From positions 1-28,921 of the IMG/VR virus record IMGVR_UViG_3300020413_000987: a stretch of 28,921 nt of DNA; one strand, given 5' to 3'. Positions within the stretch are counted from its first letter, which is position 1; every line of letters starts with the position of its first letter. Position numbers and translations under genes: made by a program. The notes beneath the pieces are model-generated. The model saw nothing but the letters and a program-made list of their open reading frames with translations, was not told the DNA's origin and did no database searches. Origin of the DNA: a virus (lineage: Duplodnaviria > Caudoviricetes). This document shows positions 16,695-24,305 of this stretch, one piece after another.

Positions 16695-18057
16695 GACTAC
16701 GATTCTTCGGAATCTAATATATGATGAAAAATTTTCCCGTAAAGCAATTGCTTTCATTCAACTTGATTATTTTGAGCAGAGATCTGAAAGAGTTATTTTT
16801 GAGGAAATAAGTAAGTTTATTATTAAGTATGGAAATGCTATTACTATTGAAGCATTAGCAATTCAGTTAGAAGATAGAGATGATTTAAATGAGAATGAAA
16901 TAAAAGAATCTAGAGAAATCGTATCTCTATTCAACGATGATTCAGTAGATAGTGAATGGTTGTTTGATACAACTGAAAAATGGTGTAGAGATCGTGCTAT
17001 ATACTTAGCATTAATGGAATCTATTTCTCTAGCAGATGGAAAAGATGACTCTAAAGGAAGGGATGCTATTCCTGGTATTCTCTCTGACGCTCTGGCTGTT
17101 TCTTTCGATAATCATATAGGACACGATTACTTACAAGATTATGAAGAGAGATTTGAATCTTATCATAGAAAGGAAGAAAGAATTGAATTCGACCTCGACC
17201 TTTTCAATAAGATTACGAAGGGTGGCATTCCAAATAAAACACTCAATATTGCTCTCGCTGGTACTGGTGTTGGTAAGTCTTTGTTTATGTGTCATGTCGC
17301 AAGTAGTGTGTTACTCCAAGGCAAGAACGTATTATACATCACGCTTGAGATGGCTGAGGAGAAAATTGCTGAAAGAATTGATGCTAATCTTTTAAATGTT
17401 AATATACAATCTATTACTGATTTACCCAAACCTATGTTTGATAAAAAGGTAAACAAACTTAGAGAAAAAACTCAAGGAAATTTAATAATAAAAGAATATC
17501 CAACTGCATCCGCACACTCAGGACATTTTAAAGCATTATTAAATGAACTTGCATTGAAAAAATCTTTTAAACCTGATATTATTTTTATAGACTATCTAAA
17601 CATATGTGCATCATCACGTTACAAAGCAGGATCTAATGTCAATTCGTACTCTTATATCAAAGCGATTGCCGAAGAACTTCGTGGACTTGCTGTTGAAACA
17701 AATGTCCCAATTCTTTCGGCTACTCAGACTACTCGTTCTGGTTACGGTTCTAGCGACGTTGATCTTACCGATACATCTGAATCCTTCGGTCTTCCCGCTA
17801 CTGCTGATCTCATGTTTGCTCTTATATCGACGGAAGAATTAGAAGGTTTGAATCAAATTATGGTTAAACAATTAAAGAATAGATATAACGATCCTACAAT
17901 ATACAAACGATTTGTTATTGGTATTGATCGTGCAAAGATGAGATTATATGATTGCGAACAGAAAGCACAAGAGGATATCATTGACAATGGACAAGAAGAC
18001 GAGTATAATAAAGAGGATAAAATTCCTAAAAAATCTTTCGCGGAGTTTAAATTTTAA
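16681..18057 (+). CDS. 41: replicative DNA helicase, T4 gp41-like (DnaB family)
   Basis: AGTGVGKS, YITLEM, FIDYL, SATQTTR, SESFGLPATAD, KQLKNRY; ATG at 16681. Confidence 0.97.
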   Translation: MERIETTILRNLIYDEKFSRKAIAFIQLDYFEQRSERVIFEEISKFIIKYGNAITIEALAIQLEDRDDLNENEIKESREIVSLFNDDSVDSEWLFDTTEKWCRDRAIYLALMESISLADGKDDSKGRDAIPGILSDALAVSFDNHIGHDYLQDYEERFESYHRKEERIEFDLDLFNKITKGGIPNKTLNIALAGTGVGKSLFMCHVASSVLLQGKNVLYITLEMAEEKIAERIDANLLNVNIQSITDLPKPMFDKKVNKLREKTQGNLIIKEYPTASAHSGHFKALLNELALKKSFKPDIIFIDYLNICASSRYKAGSNVNSYSYIKAIAEELRGLAVETNVPILSATQTTRSGYGSSDVDLTDTSESFGLPATADLMFALISTEELEGLNQIMVKQLKNRYNDPTIYKRFVIGIDRAKMRLYDCEQKAQEDIIDNGQEDEYNKEDKIPKKSFAEFKF

Positions 18058-18359
18058 TGGTATTACCTGATCATTTTTATCCTTACTGGTCTGTATATGA
18101 TGGTGTGGGAGAAAAGTATTGTGATTGTAGTCATGAAAAATATGCAATAAGAACTCTTGAATTGCATGAAGGGGAGGGTTTTACTTACAGACAAGTAAAT
18201 CAACCTAAACCACTACCACCAGAGATTATTGATGTCTCTGCTCAAAGAGAAAAAGAGTTATCAGGACAACAAGGATTGCCAGAAGCAAAAAAAAGACTTC
18301 CTTTTGAACCTGTATATTGTGTAGAAGAACTACCGCAAAGTAATTTACAAAGTTTGTAA
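18057..18359 (+). CDS. hypothetical protein, 100 aa
   Basis: TAATG coupling to gp41; fills the gap to mazG. Confidence 0.75.
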   Translation: MVLPDHFYPYWSVYDGVGEKYCDCSHEKYAIRTLELHEGEGFTYRQVNQPKPLPPEIIDVSAQREKELSGQQGLPEAKKRLPFEPVYCVEELPQSNLQSL

Positions 18360-18361
18360 CT

Positions 18362-18775
18362 ATGAATGAAAAAAAAGTTGATCTCGATAAGTACGCTATA
18401 TTCGTGGATGGTGTCACATCCGATTCCAGTAAGGATTATCAATGCTTTATTGAGAGTATTAGTTCCCTTGACGGAAAAGGTGCCAATATTCACAGGCTCC
18501 TTACTGCTGCTGTTGGGATTAGTGCTGAAGGTGGTGAGTTTATGGAAATCGTCAAGAAGATGGTTTTCCAAGGTAAGCCTTGGAACGACGACAATCGAGA
18601 ACATCTTATTATTGAGTTGGGTGACGTTATGTGGTACGTAATGCAAGCATGTGCAGCACTTGAAGTATCACTTGATGATGTAATAGAAGGTAACGTAAAT
18701 AAGTTGAAGAAGAGATATCCTGGTGGGGACTTTGATGTATATCATTCAGAAAATAGGGCAGCAGATGATAGATGA
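18362..18775 (+). CDS. mazG: MazG-like nucleoside triphosphate pyrophosphohydrolase
   Basis: AEGGEFMEIVKK, ELGDVMWY, N..KL.KRYP. Confidence 0.93.
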   Translation: MNEKKVDLDKYAIFVDGVTSDSSKDYQCFIESISSLDGKGANIHRLLTAAVGISAEGGEFMEIVKKMVFQGKPWNDDNREHLIIELGDVMWYVMQACAALEVSLDDVIEGNVNKLKKRYPGGDFDVYHSENRAADDR

Positions 18776-19398
18776 TAGAAATAAGAGATGACTTTCTACC
18801 AACGAATGTCTTTGAACAATTAAAGAAAGATATAGTTTATAATGAATCTTTTCCTTGGTTCTTAAATAAAGTTTTAGATATATCAACTGAAGGTAGTTAT
18901 ATCGGAAGAACTAATTGTCCAGATGAAGATAATAGACAATTTTGTTATTTGTTTTATAAAACTGATCAAGATAAATTATCTACCCGCCCACATATGGGTA
19001 GAGAACTTGATAAAGTAGTTCCTTTGATTCAGAATTATGAGTTTTCTCATGATCAAAAATATTACCTACTTCATGTAAAAGCAAATCTCAATGTAAGAGC
19101 TCTAGAAAATTTAGAACATGGATTTCATAGAGATCATCCTTGGAGAGGAAAAACCTCTGTATTTTACCTAAATGATAATGATGGATATACTAAATTTCAA
19201 AATGGGCAAGTAGTAGAAAGCAAAGCAAATAGAGCAGTTATATTTGATAGTCCAGAATTGCATACAGGATCAACTCCAACAGATGTATATGCCAGATATG
19301 TTATAAATTTGAATTGGGTTGAAGATGGTAGTCCACAAATTGTTGCCGATGATATGCCACTTACTCAAAAATTAATTGCAGAAAAGACGACTAAATAG
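18772..19398 (+). CDS. 2OG-Fe(II) oxygenase-like protein
   Basis: FHRD, SVFYLNDNDGYT, NRAVIF, HTG, RYVINLNW; paralog of the 15151 ORF. Confidence 0.8.
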   Translation: MIEIRDDFLPTNVFEQLKKDIVYNESFPWFLNKVLDISTEGSYIGRTNCPDEDNRQFCYLFYKTDQDKLSTRPHMGRELDKVVPLIQNYEFSHDQKYYLLHVKANLNVRALENLEHGFHRDHPWRGKTSVFYLNDNDGYTKFQNGQVVESKANRAVIFDSPELHTGSTPTDVYARYVINLNWVEDGSPQIVADDMPLTQKLIAEKTTK

Positions 19399-19416
19399 TG
19401 AATGATGTGCTATAAT
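19390..19416 (+). promoter_or_regulatory. late-like motif and extended -10 element in tandem
   Basis: ACTAAATA (19390-97) and TG-c-TATAAT (19408-16) upstream of the 480-aa ORF. Confidence 0.45.
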
Positions 19417-19437
19417 TAGTTTATAAACATATTCACC

Positions 19438-20880
19438 ATGCAGAATAAACAGATTCCTGCAGACGCTCAAGATACTTTTAATAAGATTAAAGAGTCTCTT
19501 AAAGGAGAAAATTATACTTACGAATCCTATGATGTAATGAAAGTTGCGGACACTGATAGGGGAAAGATAAGAGTTGCTATGAAAGTTTATGTTCCTCAAG
19601 CAGAGAGAGTAACTGCAGCTACAAATATACAGGAAGCATTAGGGGAAGTAGATATAACAGTTACCGTAAAAGACGAAACTCAATTAGACGTTATGATAGA
19701 TGATTTAGGTAGAAAAATTAGACTTGATGTAAAACCAGATAGTAAAAAAGGATCTGGTGGTGGTTCTGAAGCAACTCGTATTCAAGAAGGAGCACAATGT
19801 GTGTATACTGCTATAAGATTTTACAAAGGACCGATAGATCAAGTATCTGAAGAAGATTTGCAATTTGGTATGAAACTGGTAGATGTACCAGGTCTGAAAA
19901 TAAAAGAAATACAGGGTTTACCAAAAGTTTGGAAAGAATCTTCTATGAGAGGTGCTGATAAGATTTTAGATGGAATTACAGAACTTGGTAGACCGAAGGA
20001 ATATGAATTTGTAAGAGGAGATACTTCAATTGATGATGGTGCAATAAAGCAAGCATTTCTTAGAGTAAAGAAACAAACTAATATAAAATCAGAAGACAAA
20101 TGGAATCCTGCTGATATATGGTTAGTAAGAAAAAGGAAAAAAGCAGATATTATTAAACATTTAAACAAAGAAACTACCATTGATTGTTTGAACAATGCTA
20201 TTCAACAGTTATTAGGTAAGGGAGATCTAATAGGAATATCTCTTAAAAAAATTGAAGGAAGTCCTAGACTTAAATTATTAAATGATACTTCTTCTGCTGT
20301 AAGAAGACAAAATGAAGCATCATATTATGCAAAGTATGATTTAACTTTTGACAATAAACAAAAGAATGAAGATAAAAGATATCCAATGGACTGTTACTTC
20401 ATGTATTCTTCATCAGGAACTAAACAAAATGGTAGTATACAGGTAAGAAACTTCGCAGGTGCATTTAAAGGAGACTGGAAATTAGAAGTAAAAGGAGTAG
20501 CTGCAGCACAGGGTAAAATACAAGGAGAAGTTACTAGAAGACTTTTAAGTGAAGCAGGATATAATATTAAAGGATTTACAGAACCTCTATTTTCTTCATG
20601 TAAACCACTAGGAGAAAGAGGTTATAACGCATCTATAACAACAGAGATATATAATCTACTGGAAAAATATGATGCAAAAGGATTTGTAGCAGGAGAAGAA
20701 ACTATGAATATAATTGCTACTCGAAGTCAATCATATAGGTATAGTAAACTTGCCTCTTTAAGAATGCTTAATTGGTTTGAAAGTTTAAAAAAAGAAAATG
20801 CTGATCAAGCAATGAAAGAAATTTATCTATACGCATCATCTCAATCTGATAAGTCTTCTGTATATTATAAATTAGAATAA
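19438..20880 (+). CDS. hypothetical protein, possible PD-(D/E)xK-fold nuclease
   Basis: Long ORF with IQEGAQC helix, WNPADIW and IGISLKK in restriction-nuclease-like order. The function is inferred. Confidence 0.6.
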   Translation: MQNKQIPADAQDTFNKIKESLKGENYTYESYDVMKVADTDRGKIRVAMKVYVPQAERVTAATNIQEALGEVDITVTVKDETQLDVMIDDLGRKIRLDVKPDSKKGSGGGSEATRIQEGAQCVYTAIRFYKGPIDQVSEEDLQFGMKLVDVPGLKIKEIQGLPKVWKESSMRGADKILDGITELGRPKEYEFVRGDTSIDDGAIKQAFLRVKKQTNIKSEDKWNPADIWLVRKRKKADIIKHLNKETTIDCLNNAIQQLLGKGDLIGISLKKIEGSPRLKLLNDTSSAVRRQNEASYYAKYDLTFDNKQKNEDKRYPMDCYFMYSSSGTKQNGSIQVRNFAGAFKGDWKLEVKGVAAAQGKIQGEVTRRLLSEAGYNIKGFTEPLFSSCKPLGERGYNASITTEIYNLLEKYDAKGFVAGEETMNIIATRSQSYRYSKLASLRMLNWFESLKKENADQAMKEIYLYASSQSDKSSVYYKLE

Positions 20881-21056
20881 TGAAAGAATACGTTGATCAA
20901 TTATTAAAAGGATTTGATGGAGATTATCTAGATTTTTGTAAATATGTTTACAAAGTTTTAGAAGATCCTAAATATAAACGAATGCAACTTGGTATTTTCC
21001 AATATATTGCCAGTAATGAGAAAGCAATATCAAAGCAATTAAAAAAATCTAAGTAA
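20880..21056 (+). CDS. hypothetical protein, 58 aa (not in ORF track)
   Basis: MKEYVDQLLKGFDGDYLDFCKYVYKVLEDPKYKRMQLGIFQYIASNEKAISKQLKKSK; TAATG overlaps at both ends. Confidence 0.75.
   Translation: MKEYVDQLLKGFDGDYLDFCKYVYKVLEDPKYKRMQLGIFQYIASNEKAISKQLKKSK
20967..20974 (+). promoter_or_regulatory. late promoter-like motif
   Basis: CCTAAATA about 80 nt upstream of the 21056 ORF; short motif in AT-rich DNA. Confidence 0.3.
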
Positions 21057-22291
21057 TGAAAAGTTTTTTAAATTTTATATCTGAAGCAACCGCATCTCAG
21101 CAAGCAGCCAGACTTGGACTTGTTGGGGATGGTCATGGTGGATGGTATGATAAAAAAACTGGTGAGTTTACTGCAAAGACGGAGAAGGGTAGATTAAAGT
21201 TTTATAATAAAAGACAATCAATTGGTGGTAAAGATCCAGAACAAACAGAAAAAGAAAAGAATATATCAGATCCTAATTTTGTAGATCCAAAATTAAAACA
21301 ACAAGCACAACCTGCTCAACAGGCACAACCAGAACCAGAACAACCAGTAGGTCCTCCAGACGTACCTAAGACAAAAGGAACTTTAACTCTTGCTTTTGGT
21401 AGATTCAATCCTCCTACTATAGGACATGAACAATTAATGAATGTTGCTTCTGATGCTGCAAGTCAGGATGAAGATGGAGATTATTTAATTTTCCCATCCA
21501 GAACTCAAGATAAAAAGAAAAATCCTTTAGATCCAGATACTAAAATTGCATATATGCAAAGAATGTATCCTACACATGCAAAGAATATTGTTAATAATCC
21601 AGAAACAAAAACTATTTTTGATGTATTAAAACAAGCTCATAATGATGGATATACTAATGTAAGAATTATTGGTGGAGCAGATAGAGTAAAAGAGTTTGAT
21701 AAATTGTCTGGAAATTATAATGGTAAATTATATGCTTTTGATAATATTGAAGTAGTTTCTTCTGGAGACAGAGATCCTGATGCCAAGGGTGTAGAAGGAA
21801 TGTCTGCTTCTAGAATGAGACTTGCTGCTGCAGAAAGTGATTTTAAAACTTTTAGAGAAGGTCTTCCTAAAGATTTAAAACGTTCTGATGCAAGAGAGTT
21901 ATTTGATGTTTTACGTGGTGCAATGCAAGTTAAAGAAGGTTGGGACATTTGGCAGATTGCTCCTAAGTTTGATTGGAAGAACTTACGTGAGAACTACATT
22001 ACAGAAAAAGTTTTTAGAGTAAATCAAATAGTTGAGAATCTCAATACTGGATTAATTGGTAAAATTATCCGTAGAGGTGCTAATCATTTAATTTGTGTAA
22101 CTGAAGATAAGATCATGTTTAAATCATGGATAAAAGATGTTTCTGAAGCAATTGTTAATGGCACTACACAGTCTGGTGTACCATCAGATCAAAGATTAGT
22201 TGGGACAGATGCACACCGTAAATACGTTCAAACTATGGTGCCTGGATCAGACGGGGCAAAAAGTTTCATAAATAAGTATAGAAAAAAGTAA
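21056..22291 (+). CDS. HIGH-superfamily nucleotidyltransferase with N- and C-terminal extensions
   Basis: FGRFNPPTIGH, KNPL, GGADR, MSASRMR; Q/P-rich linker; N-terminus MKSFLNFISEA. Confidence 0.85.
   Translation: MKSFLNFISEATASQQAARLGLVGDGHGGWYDKKTGEFTAKTEKGRLKFYNKRQSIGGKDPEQTEKEKNISDPNFVDPKLKQQAQPAQQAQPEPEQPVGPPDVPKTKGTLTLAFGRFNPPTIGHEQLMNVASDAASQDEDGDYLIFPSRTQDKKKNPLDPDTKIAYMQRMYPTHAKNIVNNPETKTIFDVLKQAHNDGYTNVRIIGGADRVKEFDKLSGNYNGKLYAFDNIEVVSSGDRDPDAKGVEGMSASRMRLAAAESDFKTFREGLPKDLKRSDARELFDVLRGAMQVKEGWDIWQIAPKFDWKNLRENYITEKVFRVNQIVENLNTGLIGKIIRRGANHLICVTEDKIMFKSWIKDVSEAIVNGTTQSGVPSDQRLVGTDAHRKYVQTMVPGSDGAKSFINKYRKK
22267..22274 (+). promoter_or_regulatory. T4-type late promoter
   Basis: CATAAATA, ending 37 nt before the ATG at 22312. 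Confidence 0.6.
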
Positions 22292-22311
22292 GTAGAGTTA
22301 CACTTATCAAA

Positions 22312-24039
22312 ATGACCAAGAATATTGTTGAGGATCTTCCTACCAGAAAACACCCTGTGGCACAGGGAACTGACAATAAATCTGGAGCAGAAAAACCTCA
22401 AGATCCTGAGAAAAAAGTAAAACAAGCCGTGTATGATATTAGATATCGTGCAAGGAGAGAAGATGTTCCTTTGAGAACTGCTTATTCTCAGTATATGAGT
22501 AATAGTGGATTAGGTGGTAACGAAAGAACTATCGTTAAGAAAAAGTTATTTGGGGATGGTCCAATGAAAGAAAATTTTGTTTCAGATGTAGAAAGTAATG
22601 CAAGAGAAGCCGTAGCAAATACTTTGGTTAAAATTTTTGTTGGTGAAGACCTAACAACTCCTAAGAAATATAAGGTAAGAGTAACTGATAAGTCTGGTAA
22701 GAGTTATGTTCGTATGGCAGATCGTGCTAAGATCACTGAATTACGTGGTAATTCTAATATTGAATCTGTTGAAATGACTGAATACGGAACACCATATGAA
22801 GGTGAAAGAAAGAAAGGTACTCAAACTGCAAAAGCAAAGGGTGGTGGATTAGATCCAGTTGGTAAAGAAGATGGAGATGTGGATAACGATGGAGATAAAG
22901 ATAGTTCTGATTCTTATCTTATGAAACGTCGTAAGGCAATTGGAAAAGCAATGGCAAAGGAAGAATTTATTGCTGATGCTGTTGAAGATGAAGATGGTAG
23001 AAAAAAATTAGATATTATGAAAGGTAAGAAAAATAAGATAAAAATTCTTACTAAATCAAAAACTGGAACATATGATGAAGCAGTAGTATCTCGTTTTAGA
23101 TCTGTTTTAGCAGAAGAGGATAAAGTAGAAGATAAAAAGAAAGAAGAAAAAGAAGTAGATCCTAGAGGAATGAAGACTGCAATTAGTCTTTATAAGAATA
23201 AACTTCGTGCTATGGGTATGAAGATGGAACACCATCAAAAAGATAAAGATGGTAATACGATTCCTCATGAGGGAGAAGAAATTAATGAAGTACTAGGTCA
23301 ATTGGTGGGTGGAGTAGCTGGTACTGCACTATCTGGAAAACTTGCAGGAGTTGGTATTAAAAATGCAATAGCACAAAAAGCAATCGGTGGTGCAGTAGGT
23401 TCAGCAGCTGGTGAAGTACTTGATCCATTTAAAAAAGGAAAAGATAAGAATCCAGTAGCAGCAGCTGCAGGTGGTGCAGTAGGTGGTGCTGTAGCAGGTG
23501 GTGCAATTGGAAAGGCAGGAAAGGCACTTACTAAAAAATTCCCTGAAACAATGGGAAAATTAAGTAAAGGAGTTACAACGAAAAAACCACAAGGTATCAT
23601 GGCTTCAAAAGAAGTTGAAATGAAACCTGAAGATAAAACTCTTGAGGAAGCAGAAAGAACTCTTGCTTCTAGAATGGATAGGAAGAGTAAACTTTACGAC
23701 AAAACAGTCAAGAAGGCAATGAATTTTGCCAGAGATGAGGGTGAAGCATCTGGTCATGCAAGATTTAATATGAGTAGACTTGGTAGAGAGAAAGATAAAC
23801 TTGCTGCGAAAAGAAGAGAAGCAAATGAAAGTGTGAGTGAAGGTATGGCTACTCCTGAGTCAGGAACTGGTAAGTACTATAATGAAAAGAAACCTACTGA
23901 TATGCAACTTGCTAAGAGGAAAAAGATGGAAACGGTTAAGTCTTTAACTAATCAAGGAAAGCATAAAGAAGCAAGTGCAATGTATAAGGAAGATAAGTAT
24001 ATTTCAGGTTTTAGGAACAAACTAAACAATATTAAGTAA
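22312..24039 (+). CDS. modular 575-aa protein, probably virion head-associated
   Basis: Charged low-complexity modules, DxDxDG loop, glycine-zipper segment, hydrophobic-X-Glu junctions. Confidence 0.85.
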   Translation: MTKNIVEDLPTRKHPVAQGTDNKSGAEKPQDPEKKVKQAVYDIRYRARREDVPLRTAYSQYMSNSGLGGNERTIVKKKLFGDGPMKENFVSDVESNAREAVANTLVKIFVGEDLTTPKKYKVRVTDKSGKSYVRMADRAKITELRGNSNIESVEMTEYGTPYEGERKKGTQTAKAKGGGLDPVGKEDGDVDNDGDKDSSDSYLMKRRKAIGKAMAKEEFIADAVEDEDGRKKLDIMKGKKNKIKILTKSKTGTYDEAVVSRFRSVLAEEDKVEDKKKEEKEVDPRGMKTAISLYKNKLRAMGMKMEHHQKDKDGNTIPHEGEEINEVLGQLVGGVAGTALSGKLAGVGIKNAIAQKAIGGAVGSAAGEVLDPFKKGKDKNPVAAAAGGAVGGAVAGGAIGKAGKALTKKFPETMGKLSKGVTTKKPQGIMASKEVEMKPEDKTLEEAERTLASRMDRKSKLYDKTVKKAMNFARDEGEASGHARFNMSRLGREKDKLAAKRREANESVSEGMATPESGTGKYYNEKKPTDMQLAKRKKMETVKSLTNQGKHKEASAMYKEDKYISGFRNKLNNIK

Positions 24040-24044
24040 GATAC

Positions 24045-24305
24045 ATGTCTAAGTATTCAGAATTCATTTCCTCATATGATGGATGGTTTGAATATCAGAA
24101 GTATGAAGGCATTCTACCTGGCGAGTTGCCATACGAAAAAAAAGAATTTCCCCCAGAATTGATGGAAGTTCCTACGTCTATGAAAAAATATGAGGCTCCT
24201 GATAAACCAGAAGATAAAAAAGTTACGTTACATGATATATTGTATGCGTTAGCTACACGATATGAATCCAAAGGAGGATCTGAAAATGTCATACCCTATG
24301 GATGA
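24045..24305 (+). CDS. hypothetical protein, 86 aa
   Basis: ORF track; starts 5 nt after the previous stop. Confidence 0.7.
   Translation: MSKYSEFISSYDGWFEYQKYEGILPGELPYEKKEFPPELMEVPTSMKKYEAPDKPEDKKVTLHDILYALATRYESKGGSENVIPYG

Noticed and set aside
10927-18057. Inteins or introns in gp43, uvsX or gp41
   Set aside because: Lengths are ordinary, motifs are continuous, and no splice-junction or homing-endonuclease motifs are visible.
1168-18641. Off-frame + strand ORFs nested in core genes (1168, 1657, 6973, 12581, 15724, 16288, 17141, 17606, 18366)
   Set aside because: They lie inside or almost entirely inside gp44, gcvP, gp43, uvsX, gp41 or mazG and are explained by local codon bias that removes off-frame stops.
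21298-21350. Short tandem-like DNA repeats (caagcacaacc/caggcacaacc, ccagaa)
   Set aside because: They simply encode a Q/P/E-rich linker; there is no spacer-repeat array, so no CRISPR or mobile element.
24250-24305. Programmed frameshift fusing the 86-aa ORF to the 944-aa ORF
   Set aside because: The large ORF has its own AAGGAGG site and ATG at 24286, and there is no slippery heptamer in the overlap.
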